From sequence record CM099551.1: 32,000 bases of DNA. One strand, given 5' to 3'. The notes below the pieces were generated by a model, which was not told the DNA's origin, made no database searches, and was given only the letters and a program-made list of their open reading frames with translations. Below, one piece after another: positions 1 through 9,703 of this stretch (its first letter is position 1; each line of letters starts with the position of its first letter). The position numbers and the translations under genes were made by a program.

Positions 1-1
1 T

Positions 2-253
2 TTATTTGATAAAAAGTATACAAAGTCATTAGTTAATAAAACTATATTAAATAATTTCTTTTATAAGAAAAATGTATATTATTCTATTTTATTTTTTGCA
101 TTTTCTTATATACATTATACAAAAATAAAAAATTTTTGTGTTTTATCTTATAGAAGAAGAGGTATTTTTAATCATTTTAAATTAACTAGAATGATGTTTA
201 AATATTATGCTTTAAATAAGCAATTAAATGGATTAATGAAATCTTCTTGGTAA
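2..253 (+). CDS. rps14: ribosomal protein S14, 3' part (5' end upstream of window)
   Basis: Frame open from window edge to TAA 251-253. Translation ends ...CVLSYRRRGIFNHFKLTRMMFKYYALNKQLNGLMKSSW*, matching the S14 C-terminal signature (C..R.RG...f.lsR..fR..a..G.l.G..K.SW). It is followed by rps8-rpl6 as in the spc operon. Confidence 0.75.
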   Translation, partial: LFDKKYTKSLVNKTILNNFFYKKNVYYSILFFAFSYIHYTKIKNFCVLSYRRRGIFNHFKLTRMMFKYYALNKQLNGLMKSSW

Positions 254-259
254 TAAAAT

Positions 260-682
260 ATGATTAAATTAAAAATACCGAAATTTATATATAGTAGTTT
301 TTTTTCAAGTTTTAAAAATGCTGTTTTAAAAAAAAAATTACAATTTTCTTGTTATTGTAATAAATTAGTTTATAGTATTTGTACTTATTTGACATTAAAA
401 AATTATTTTCATTATACTTTTGTACATTATTTAATTAAAAATCAAAAATATGGTAGTATTTTAACTATTGTAATTAATTATAATAAGGATTTGAGTAGTA
501 TTACGAAATTACAAAATTTATATAAAAAATCTAGAAATATATCTTTTACATTTAAATCATTGCAAAAAATATGGATAAAACAAAAAAGATTAATTTTATT
601 ATCTACTTCTCGAGGAATATTAGATATTAAAGATGCATTAATTTATAAAATTGGAGGATTAGCTTTAATGGAATTTTATTAA
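260..682 (+). CDS. rps8: ribosomal protein S8
   Basis: 140-aa ORF. The C-terminus LLSTSRGILDIKDALIYKIGGLALMEFY matches the S8 signature (i.lsTs.G.m....A....GGe.l). It sits in the spc-operon position between rps14 and rpl6. Confidence 0.75.
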   Translation: MIKLKIPKFIYSSFFSSFKNAVLKKKLQFSCYCNKLVYSICTYLTLKNYFHYTFVHYLIKNQKYGSILTIVINYNKDLSSITKLQNLYKKSRNISFTFKSLQKIWIKQKRLILLSTSRGILDIKDALIYKIGGLALMEFY

Positions 683-1173
683 TGTTATTTAAACAATATT
701 ATTTTATTAATTCTCTTTTTATATATATTGAACTTAATAATTATTTAATAGGAAATTGTTTAGATTTTTTTAAATATAAATTAATTAATGAATTATTTAT
801 TTTTTTTAATGGTCAATTTTTTTCTTTTTTTTATTATTTTTTTTTTTCAACTACTTTATTAAAATGGAAATTTAATGCATATCTTTTTTTTAATTTTTTA
901 TCTAATCATTTATTTAATAAAATTCGTCATTTGAAATTAGAAGGTCGTGGATATAAATTATATTATTTTATTAATTACATTATTTTAAAATTAGGATATA
1001 GTCATTTATGTTATTATTTATTACCATTAAATATTTATTTTACGAGTAAAAAAAAAAAATTTAATTATAAAATGATTAGTCATTCTAATGATAAAGCAGG
1101 TAATCTTTTATTTAAAATACAATCTTTTAGAATTCCTAATAGATATAAACGTAAAGGTATTTATATAGTATAA
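682..1173 (+). CDS. rpl6: ribosomal protein L6
   Basis: 163-aa ORF. LKLEGRGYKL...LKLGYSHLCYYLLP...IPNRYKRKGIYIV matches L6 motifs (GvGY.., lGySH.v, epYKGKGi.y). Its start shares one nucleotide with the rps8 stop (TAATG). Confidence 0.75.
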   Translation: MLFKQYYFINSLFIYIELNNYLIGNCLDFFKYKLINELFIFFNGQFFSFFYYFFFSTTLLKWKFNAYLFFNFLSNHLFNKIRHLKLEGRGYKLYYFINYIILKLGYSHLCYYLLPLNIYFTSKKKKFNYKMISHSNDKAGNLLFKIQSFRIPNRYKRKGIYIV

Positions 1174-1176
1174 ATA

Positions 1177-4100
1177 ATGTTAATTAGTAATTTTAAAGCA
1201 AATTCATCTACTTGTTTTGATCTAAATAGATATATACATATTTTTTTTATTCCTCAATTACCTAGTAGTAAATTAAATCAAATTATTTATGAAAAAGGAA
1301 TTAAAATAAGTTGTTATGTAAGAGCAGATAATTTTTATATACGTCATTATCGAAAAGGATTAGATAAATTTTTTTACATAAAAAAAAAATATTATTTAAA
1401 AGAGGATTTTACTTTTAAATTTAGTAATTTAATTCCTACTTTTAAAATCAATTATTATTTAAATAAATTAACGAACCCTAGTAATAAACTTATTTTTAAA
1501 ATAAGTCGATTATATAATAAAATTAATAAAAAATTTTCATATAAACGAAAACCTTTTTATTATTATGGAAGTGATGATATTAAAAATTTATATGATTTTA
1601 TTAAAGTTCTTGAATCACCTAGTTTATTTGAAATTGAAAAAATAAATAATATTTCTTTTTTTTATACAAACCCAATTTATTTTACAAATATTTCATTTAT
1701 TCAAATATATAAACAATTACAATTGAAATTAAATAATATATTTAATAATTTTAATATCTGTATTAATGAAAAAAATAAAATAAAATTACAAAAAGAATAT
1801 GATTTTTTTTTTTCTTTTTTTATTGATACTTATTTTTCCTTTTCAAAAACTATAAATTATAATAGAATTAAGATGATTCAAAATCATCGTTTATTTAATT
1901 TACCTAATGTATCAAAAACAAAAGATATTTTATTTTTTAAAAATTATTTTTTTTTTTTAAATACTATTAAAAAAATGATTTCTATTCTTAATTCTTATGT
2001 ATTTAAAATTAGAAGGAAATATAATTCTATTATTAAATCAAGAGCTTCTAATTTTAGATTCGAAAATAATGTTATTTTATTAAATTATTTAAGGTTAAAA
2101 TTAAATAAATATAATTTTAATAGATTATTTCCATCAGGCTCAAAAGATTTATCTTTTTTAAATACTATTTTATTATATAATAATAATAATGAAAATAAAC
2201 ATGATAATACTGTATTAGAAAGTAATTTAAAAAAAGAAGTATTATTATTAAAAAATAAAAAAAAAATTAAAAATAAAAAAAGTTTTTTATTGAAAAATAA
2301 ATTATCATTATTTTTATTCTTAATGAAAAATCCATTATTAACTAAAAATACAATACAAAGTAAAATTTATTTTTTATTTTTAATTTTTAAATTTAAACAT
2401 TTATTAAAATTAATAATTAATAAAAATAAAAATAAATTATTTAGACAAAATTTAATACAAAATTTAAATTCTTTAGTTACTATTTATTCAGATAAATTAA
2501 CAGATATTCATGTTATTTCACAATTAGATATTAATACTTTTAAAGAGTATTTAAATAATATAATAACTAGTAAAAGTAAAATATTAATAAAAAAAAAAGA
2601 AAATCATATTTTAGAAAAGTTATTAATTGAAATTCCGACTTCATATAATATGAACGTATTAAGTTTATTGACGAATCAAAAATTGAAAAATAAAAATAAT
2701 TCTTATATATTATTAAATAATACAAAACCAATTAGACATTTTCATATTAACTTATTTTTTTGTGATTCTAGTTCTAATAATAATAATATTAATGAATTTA
2801 AGAAATTTAATGAAAAAACAGTTGATACAAAAAGTATAAAAAAATCATCTTCTTCAAATAATAATTATTATTTTAAAAAAAAAAATACAGCTAATAATTA
2901 TTTAGAAAATAAAAATAAACCAAATATTAATAATAATAATATAAATAAAAATACTAAACCTTTATCTGCAGAGGAAAAAAGTCGTATATCACAAGAAAAT
3001 TTCATTAAAGAATTTGATAAACATTTTGCTAAGTATAAACCAAAAAAAATAGATATACCTAGAGCTGAATTAAATGAAGAAATTTCATCTAAAATAGATA
3101 AATTAAATTATAAAAAAGAAAAAGAATTAATGGATGAATCTAGATTAGATTTTAGTAATAAACAAAGTTATTATAAATATCAAAATAAGCGTTTTCAATC
3201 CAATCAACAAAAATTTAATTCATCTAATAATAAACCAAATTCTTCCTATTATAAAAAATCAAATATACAATTTTCTACAGATCCTAAAAGAATTAATAAG
3301 AATAAATCATGGAATGAAGATATAAAATTAAATAAAACAAAATTTTATAATAATAAATCTATTAATAATTTACAAGATACACATTATACTTCTAAATATA
3401 ATATTGGGTTAAATAAATCAAAGAATGAATTTAAATTAAAAAATAAAAATACAAATTTAAATTTATTAAAAAAAAAAAATCAATCTGTTTTTAAAAAAAA
3501 AAAAAGTAATGTTTATTATAATGCCCATATTGATTACCAGGATAATTATAAAAAAAATTCAAAATTAAATTTTATTAATAGAAATTATAAATATAAAAGA
3601 AGAGTTACTATTTGGAATTTTTATGCATATAATCCATTTCATGCAACATTTATTAGGTATTTTCCAAGAAAAGTATTTAAAAAAATACCAAATACTAGAC
3701 GATGCGTTGTTCCAGCAGTTTATACTACACGTACTTATCCTTATAAACATGGGAAATTTTTTTTAGATTTATTAATAAATAAAGTTAATTCTTTTTTTTC
3801 AAATATTAATTGGAAAAAAGTTAATGATCAATTTATTCGTAATATGTTATGGTATTTTTCTATATTAAAACAAAGTAATAATATTAAACATGTTATTATT
3901 TTTATATATGCATTACAATATAATAAAAAAATGGTAAGATCATTTTTATCTTTTTTTTTTAAACATAGAAGATATTTACTAAATAAAATAGCTAAACGTA
4001 TTAATAAACGATATAAATTTTTTTTAAAATGTATTTCTAAAATTAGAAATACATTTTTTTTATTAATAGATAATTCTATTCCTCACAAAAAAAAAGAAAA

Positions 4101-5271
4101 AATTAAATTATTTTTAATTCACATTTTTAAATTTATTTTTAATATTAAATTTACTAAAGTACAAAAACCATATTTATTTTTATTTAATTCATATAAATTA
4201 TTAAATAATATATTCAATCAATATAAAAATGCAAATAAATTTTTTTTTAAATTGAAATTTAATCTTTTAAAATTAAAAAAACGTTTAAAAAATATAGAAT
4301 TTCAAAAATTAAAAAAAAAAATGAATCAAAAAGTATTAAAATCTAAACCTTATATTATTACTTATTCTGATATACATACTCATAGAGTTAAGTATTTATA
4401 TCATGCTCATAATTATCTTTTTTATTATTATAAATTACCTAAAATTTTAAAGCAGCCATCTTTTTTTAAAACATTGAATTATCGTATTAATAATAAAATA
4501 ACTTCTATTAATTTTTTACCAAGTATTTTATATTATTTTCATCAATATAATTTAATTTCAAAATATATGACAAATAAAATGACGGTTTTAATTAAAGCAA
4601 AACCTACAAATGTATTTGCTTATATTATTTATAAAAAAAAATTATTATTAAAAAAAACAATTGGAGAATTATTTTTTTTAAAAAAAAAAGATAGGAGATT
4701 TTGGAGAAATGTATATAAATTGGCTGAACGAATGTTACCTTCTTTTTATAGAATAAAAAAAAAATACGGTATACCAATTGTTAATTATTATTTGAATGGT
4801 AATACTTCTTTAGGTACTCCTATTTATGGTTTTTTTAAAAAAAAAACTTATTTAAATATAAAAGATGTAAAATTCATATATGAAGATTATTTTTATAATA
4901 CGAGTGTAGATGATTTATATATAGCAAGAAAAACTAAAAAATATTATAAACGTTTGAGATTAGAGTATACTCAAGAATATAATAAATATAAATCACAATT
5001 AAAAGAATTTAATGATTTAGCATTAGCTTTAAAATTAAATAGGGAAGAAAGAGAAGCTGCTAAACAACCATTTTTTTCTAAAGAAATATTTTTAAAATCA
5101 TTTAATAAAAAATATAAACGATTAAAAGTTAAACAAAGTTCTAATTATTTATTACGAAATTTTACTTTTATAGAATATTTTAAATTTTTAAGTAAGCGTT
5201 CTTTTGTAATTAATTCTTTCCATGATATTACTACATGGCCATTTAATGGTTGTAAGAAAAGAAAAAAATAA
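1177..5271 (+). CDS. rps11: giant ORF (1364 aa); the C-terminal ~235 aa are ribosomal protein S11-like, the N-terminal ~1130 aa are unassigned
   Basis: From the in-frame ATG at 4567: MTNKMTVLIKAKPTNVFAYII...KKYGIPIVNYYLNGNTSLGTPIYGF...FVINSFHDITTWPFNGCKKRKK*. This aligns with the S11 core and its diagnostic C-terminus (i.DvTPiPHNGCRp.KkRR), with a ~100-aa insertion. The upstream 1130 codons are N/K/F/Y-rich with low-complexity tracts, and I recognise no motif in them. Confidence 0.6.
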   Translation: MLISNFKANSSTCFDLNRYIHIFFIPQLPSSKLNQIIYEKGIKISCYVRADNFYIRHYRKGLDKFFYIKKKYYLKEDFTFKFSNLIPTFKINYYLNKLTNPSNKLIFKISRLYNKINKKFSYKRKPFYYYGSDDIKNLYDFIKVLESPSLFEIEKINNISFFYTNPIYFTNISFIQIYKQLQLKLNNIFNNFNICINEKNKIKLQKEYDFFFSFFIDTYFSFSKTINYNRIKMIQNHRLFNLPNVSKTKDILFFKNYFFFLNTIKKMISILNSYVFKIRRKYNSIIKSRASNFRFENNVILLNYLRLKLNKYNFNRLFPSGSKDLSFLNTILLYNNNNENKHDNTVLESNLKKEVLLLKNKKKIKNKKSFLLKNKLSLFLFLMKNPLLTKNTIQSKIYFLFLIFKFKHLLKLIINKNKNKLFRQNLIQNLNSLVTIYSDKLTDIHVISQLDINTFKEYLNNIITSKSKILIKKKENHILEKLLIEIPTSYNMNVLSLLTNQKLKNKNNSYILLNNTKPIRHFHINLFFCDSSSNNNNINEFKKFNEKTVDTKSIKKSSSSNNNYYFKKKNTANNYLENKNKPNINNNNINKNTKPLSAEEKSRISQENFIKEFDKHFAKYKPKKIDIPRAELNEEISSKIDKLNYKKEKELMDESRLDFSNKQSYYKYQNKRFQSNQQKFNSSNNKPNSSYYKKSNIQFSTDPKRINKNKSWNEDIKLNKTKFYNNKSINNLQDTHYTSKYNIGLNKSKNEFKLKNKNTNLNLLKKKNQSVFKKKKSNVYYNAHIDYQDNYKKNSKLNFINRNYKYKRRVTIWNFYAYNPFHATFIRYFPRKVFKKIPNTRRCVVPAVYTTRTYPYKHGKFFLDLLINKVNSFFSNINWKKVNDQFIRNMLWYFSILKQSNNIKHVIIFIYALQYNKKMVRSFLSFFFKHRRYLLNKIAKRINKRYKFFLKCISKIRNTFFLLIDNSIPHKKKEKIKLFLIHIFKFIFNIKFTKVQKPYLFLFNSYKLLNNIFNQYKNANKFFFKLKFNLLKLKKRLKNIEFQKLKKKMNQKVLKSKPYIITYSDIHTHRVKYLYHAHNYLFYYYKLPKILKQPSFFKTLNYRINNKITSINFLPSILYYFHQYNLISKYMTNKMTVLIKAKPTNVFAYIIYKKKLLLKKTIGELFFLKKKDRRFWRNVYKLAERMLPSFYRIKKKYGIPIVNYYLNGNTSLGTPIYGFFKKKTYLNIKDVKFIYEDYFYNTSVDDLYIARKTKKYYKRLRLEYTQEYNKYKSQLKEFNDLALALKLNREEREAAKQPFFSKEIFLKSFNKKYKRLKVKQSSNYLLRNFTFIEYFKFLSKRSFVINSFHDITTWPFNGCKKRKK

Positions 5272-5697
5272 ATGTTAGATAGTATTGGTCCATTTAAAAA
5301 AAAGCGAAAAGAACTAAGAGAATTAAATTGTTTATTATTTTTTAAATCAAGATATGGTATTGGATATTCTATGTCTTTAAATATATGTAATTTTTCTGGT
5401 TTACATCCAGCATTAAAAATATCTTCATTTCTTAATGAATATTATAATAGTAATTTTTCTAATTTTTATATTTTGAAACGTATTCGATATTTCTTTATAC
5501 ATAAAAAAATATATTTAGATAGTTTTTTACATAAATTTATGTTGGATAATATAAATTTATTAAAACAAATTAAAACATTAAAAGGTAAACGACATTCTAG
5601 TTTTTTACCAGTAAGAGGTCAACGTAATAAAACTAATGCACGTACATTAAAAAATATTCAATTTGGTCGTGTTGAGAAAAAAAGAAAAAGTAAATAG
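5272..5697 (+). CDS. rps13: ribosomal protein S13
   Basis: 141-aa ORF. RYGIGYSMSLNICNFSGL...LKGKRHSSFLPVRGQRNKTNARTLK matches S13 (iyGiG...; y.G.RH..glPVRGQrTktNART.K). Its ATG directly abuts the preceding TAA. Confidence 0.85.
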   Translation: MLDSIGPFKKKRKELRELNCLLFFKSRYGIGYSMSLNICNFSGLHPALKISSFLNEYYNSNFSNFYILKRIRYFFIHKKIYLDSFLHKFMLDNINLLKQIKTLKGKRHSSFLPVRGQRNKTNARTLKNIQFGRVEKKRKSK

Positions 5698-5730
5698 CTA
5701 ATATTTTTAAATACATAATATATAAAACTT

Positions 5731-7128
5731 ATGACTTATAACTTTAAATATTTATATTTTGACATTTCTTTAGTGATTTTTTTTATTTTTAATATTATAT
5801 GGATTTTGTTTGATCCATATGAAAGTAATTTTCAGTTTTTTTTTATGTTTGATGCATTAAATTATAATTTTTCATTTGGTATTGATGGTATTTCTTTATT
5901 TTTTATTTATTTAAGTACTTTATTAATACCATTATGTATTTTATTTTCTTTTTATAATATGAAACAAAAAAATAAATTAGAAATTGAATTATATCAAAGT
6001 TTTTTATTTTTAACTTTGTTTTTATTAATTATTGTTTTTTCTTCTCTTGATATTTTATTTTTTTATATAGTATTTGAAATAATTATTATACCTTTTTTTA
6101 TTTTAATTGGTATAAGTAGTTATAGAAAAAGAAGAATACATGCTAGTTATTTATTTTTATTTTATACTTTAATAGGATCTTTTTTAATGTTAATTTCTAT
6201 TTTTTCTTTATATTCTTATTGTGGAAGTACTAATATTGAGGTATTATTAAATAATAATTATTCTTTTTATAGAGAAAGTTTATTATGGTTTAGTTTTTTT
6301 ATTTCTTTTGCAATAAAAATACCAATGTTTCCATTCCATATTTGGCTTCCAGAAGCACACGTAGAAGCACCTACTGAAGGTAGTGTTTTATTAGCAGGTG
6401 TATTATTAAAATTAGGAGGTTATGGTTTTTTACGTTTTTTATTACCGTTATTTCCAAACACAACTTATTATTTTAGTCCATTTGTAATTTTAATATGTTG
6501 TTTAGGTATTTTTTATACTTCTTTTGTGACTTTAAAACAAATAGATATTAAACGTATTATTGCTTATTCTTCGATTGCACATATGAATGTTTGTGTACTT
6601 GGGATTTTTTCATTTAATAGTTTAGGTTTAGCTGGAAGTATACATTTGATGATAGCGCATGGAGTTGTTTCGGGTGCTTTATTTTTTTTAATAGGTATGT
6701 TATATAATAGGTATCATACTAAATTAATTAAATATTATGGTGGGTTAATTTATAGTATGCCTATTTTTTCTTTTTTTTTATTTTTTTTTATTATTAGTAA
6801 TATTAGTTTTCCTTTAACAAGTAATTTTATTGGAGAGTTTTTAATTTTAATTAGTTTATTTTTTTCATTTAATTATTATATTTTATTTTTTGTTTGTTTT
6901 GCAATTTTTACGTGTACAATATATTCTATGTGGTTATTTAATAAAATCATATTTATGTATCCACGTATTGAATACATAAAAAATTATAACGATTTAAGTT
7001 TTTTAGAAATTTCATTATTAGTAATTTTATTTTTTTTTGTATGTTGGTTAGGTATTTATCCTGATTTCATATTTGGTATTTTAAATATGAGTATCAATTA
7101 TAATTATATTGAGTTATTAAATAAATAA
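5731..7128 (+). CDS. nad4: NADH dehydrogenase subunit 4
   Basis: 465-aa polytopic ORF with FPFHIWLPEAHVEAPTEGSVLLAGVLLKLGGYGFLRF, the canonical ND4/NuoM motif. Confidence 0.95.
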   Translation: MTYNFKYLYFDISLVIFFIFNIIWILFDPYESNFQFFFMFDALNYNFSFGIDGISLFFIYLSTLLIPLCILFSFYNMKQKNKLEIELYQSFLFLTLFLLIIVFSSLDILFFYIVFEIIIIPFFILIGISSYRKRRIHASYLFLFYTLIGSFLMLISIFSLYSYCGSTNIEVLLNNNYSFYRESLLWFSFFISFAIKIPMFPFHIWLPEAHVEAPTEGSVLLAGVLLKLGGYGFLRFLLPLFPNTTYYFSPFVILICCLGIFYTSFVTLKQIDIKRIIAYSSIAHMNVCVLGIFSFNSLGLAGSIHLMIAHGVVSGALFFLIGMLYNRYHTKLIKYYGGLIYSMPIFSFFLFFFIISNISFPLTSNFIGEFLILISLFFSFNYYILFFVCFAIFTCTIYSMWLFNKIIFMYPRIEYIKNYNDLSFLEISLLVILFFFVCWLGIYPDFIFGILNMSINYNYIELLNK

Positions 7129-7231
7129 ATTTATTTTATTTAATATTTTATTTTATTTTTTTTTATTTATTTCTTTTTTTTTATCTTTATTTTCGTTTGA
7201 TTATTATATTTATTTTTTTTATAATTATTTA

Positions 7232-7753
7232 TTGTTTATTCATATTACTTTAATTTTAATTAATTATTTATTATTTTTTATTAGTTTTATTTATAATTTT
7301 ATTAAATATTTTTTTTTTATAAATCCATCTTTTTTAGGATTATTTATTAATTTTATTACTTTATTAATTGGCATATTATGGGCTTATACAGTATGGCAAA
7401 CTTTTTTATTTATTGATTTTAGAATTATCTTTATTATTTTATGTTTTATTTATTTTTATATTGATTATTTTTATTTTTTTACATTAATATATAAATTATT
7501 ATTTTTTTTTGTTTTTTTATTACATTTTTTTATACTTAAAATAAAATTAAATTGGTTAACCCAATTACATCAATCTAATCAATTGATTTTTTTTTTTTAT
7601 TCTTTACCATTTTTAGATACTTTATTTATAAGTTGTTATTTTATTACTATGGTTATCTTTTTAATATATATTTACTTAGTTTTAGATAACTTAAAGAAAA
7701 AAGAAATGAAATTAGCTAATACTTTAGAGATACCACAAATTAATAATATATGA
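7232..7753 (+). CDS. ccmC: cytochrome c maturation heme-handling protein CcmC (divergent); true start probably upstream at a non-ATG codon
   Basis: LIGILWAYTVWQTFLFIDFRIIF aligns with the CcmC WGxxWxWDxR region, and KIKLNWLTQLHQSNQ aligns with the CcmC motif (y)svEWWNTLHQgs. The N-terminal IHIT aligns to the first heme-ligand His region (yLHVP). The frame is open back to 7121 (stop at 7118-7120) with ATA/ATT codons but no ATG. The TTG start at 7232 is an ORF-caller choice. Confidence 0.6.
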   Translation: MFIHITLILINYLLFFISFIYNFIKYFFFINPSFLGLFINFITLLIGILWAYTVWQTFLFIDFRIIFIILCFIYFYIDYFYFFTLIYKLLFFFVFLLHFFILKIKLNWLTQLHQSNQLIFFFYSLPFLDTLFISCYFITMVIFLIYIYLVLDNLKKKEMKLANTLEIPQINNI

Positions 7754-9225
7754 TTTTTAATTATTTTTTTCTTTTACCAGAAAATTTTTTATTATTTTGT
7801 TTTTTTTTTATTTTTACATATTTTATATTAAGTAATTATACTGAAGAACATTCTTCTTTATTAGAAATGTTAGTAAAGTTAATTTTAATTAATTATCTTC
7901 TAATATCTATTTGTTCTTTAGATTTTACTTATGCATTAAAAGATATTTTTTTAAAAGATAATTTTAATAGTTTTTTAATTGTTTTTAATATTATTATGTT
8001 TTTTATTTTTTTTAGTTGTACTTTTAATTTATTAAAATATAATAAATTAAATACATTTGAATACAGTATGTTTTTAGTTTTAGTATTATTAGGATTAAAT
8101 TATTTTTTATATGCTCAAAATTTAATAGTTTTATATTTATTATTAGAGTTTTTTAGTTTAATTTTTTATGTTTTAACTGCTTATCAAAAAAAAAATAAAT
8201 ATTCTTTTGAAGCAGGTTTAAAATATTTTATATTGGGTTCGTTTTCTTCTATTTTATTATTATTTGGTATTGTAATTATTTATGGTGTAACTGGTAGTTT
8301 TTATTTAGAAGATTTGTTTATTTTTTTTATCAATTTAGATAATATTAATATTTCAATTTCTTTACAAAGTATTTTAAGTTTTGGTGCAAGTTTAATGTTA
8401 ATTGGTTTTTTATTTAAGTTATATGCTTTTCCATTTCATTTTTGGGTTCCTGATATATATCAAGGAGCACCATTCATTACTGCATTTTTTTTTGCAACAA
8501 TACCATTTATTTCTATTTTTTATATTTTTTTAAAATTATATTTCTATATTTATTTTTTTTTTGCTGAACAATTTTTTTTATTTTTTTTATTTTCTTCTTT
8601 TTTTTCCATGTTGATCGGTACTTTTGGAGCTATTAAACAAAAAAAATTTAGAAGATTAATGGCTTATAGTAGTATTACTACTACTGGTTATTATTTAATA
8701 CTTTTTTTATTTCCTGATTTTTTAATGTTAAAAAATATATTTTTTTTTATATATATTTATATTTTTAATATTTTTGGATTATTTTTAAGTTTTTCTACTT
8801 TAATGTCAAACAAGGAAAATATATACATTGAACGATTTACTTTATTAAATGGTTTTATAAAAAGAAATGATTTATTAGCTTTCATTATTATTTTATTTTT
8901 TTTTTCTGTTGCAGGTTTACCTCCATTTCCTTCATTTTTATCTAAATTATATTTATTAACATATTTATATATTAATAATTTATATTTTTTTTTTTCTTTT
9001 ATTATTTGTATAACTATTTTAAGTTTTTATTATTATATAAGAATTAGTAAAGTAATTTTATATAATGAATTAGATTCAAAATCTGTTTTTTTTTCTTTAA
9101 ATAAAATGAGTTATATTCAAGCTCTTTTTATTATTTATTTTACATTTTTTAATATATTATTAATGTTTAAAGCAGAATATTTATTAAATATAATAGAATA
9201 TTTAATATTAGATTTTTTTATTTAA
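7750..9225 (+). CDS. nad2: NADH dehydrogenase subunit 2
   Basis: 491-aa polytopic ORF with FPFHFWVPDIYQGAPFITAFFFATIP (ND2/NuoN motif). The start overlaps the ccmC stop (ATGA). Confidence 0.9.
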   Translation: MIFNYFFLLPENFLLFCFFFIFTYFILSNYTEEHSSLLEMLVKLILINYLLISICSLDFTYALKDIFLKDNFNSFLIVFNIIMFFIFFSCTFNLLKYNKLNTFEYSMFLVLVLLGLNYFLYAQNLIVLYLLLEFFSLIFYVLTAYQKKNKYSFEAGLKYFILGSFSSILLLFGIVIIYGVTGSFYLEDLFIFFINLDNINISISLQSILSFGASLMLIGFLFKLYAFPFHFWVPDIYQGAPFITAFFFATIPFISIFYIFLKLYFYIYFFFAEQFFLFFLFSSFFSMLIGTFGAIKQKKFRRLMAYSSITTTGYYLILFLFPDFLMLKNIFFFIYIYIFNIFGLFLSFSTLMSNKENIYIERFTLLNGFIKRNDLLAFIIILFFFSVAGLPPFPSFLSKLYLLTYLYINNLYFFFSFIICITILSFYYYIRISKVILYNELDSKSVFFSLNKMSYIQALFIIYFTFFNILLMFKAEYLLNIIEYLILDFFI

Positions 9226-9629
9226 TTATTTATTTAAAACGAAAATGAGAATTCGTATTATCTATTATTGCGAATAAAAGATAATACTTTTTGTTATTAT
9301 GATTTATTTATTTTTTATAAATTAATGATAAAGAATAGATTCGTAATTTTTGATGAAAATGTTTATTTTTTTTTTTAAAAGAAGAAGAGAAAATAAACAT
9401 ATATATATATATAATAAATGAAATAATATAATATCTAATAAATATATTATATTAATAAAAATATCCAATAGGTATAAGTATATAGTTTAGTTTTTACTAA
9501 ACGTAGTATAACAGATATATCTATATTTTATAAATAAATTAAACAAATTTAAATTCAGTAATTATATAATCTTCGATTAATTAGAACTAAATGCTATTTT
9601 CTTTTATATAAGTATAGATTTATATATTA

Positions 9630-9701
9630 TAGTTCTTAGCTCAATGGTAGAGCAGATGCCTTCTAAGCATAAGGTTGTAGGTTCAAGTCCTACAGAACTC
9701 A
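9630..9701 (+). tRNA. trnR(ucu): tRNA-Arg (anticodon UCU)
   Basis: 72-nt cloverleaf: tagttct ta gctc-aatggta-gagc a gatgc-cttctaa-gcata aggtt gtagg-ttcaagt-cctac agaactc a. T1:C72 is mismatched. No encoded CCA. Confidence 0.85.
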
Positions 9702-9703
9702 TT

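Noticed and set aside
3565-3750. 61-aa minus-strand ORF
   Set aside because: It is antisense to the giant + strand ORF, short, and has no motif.
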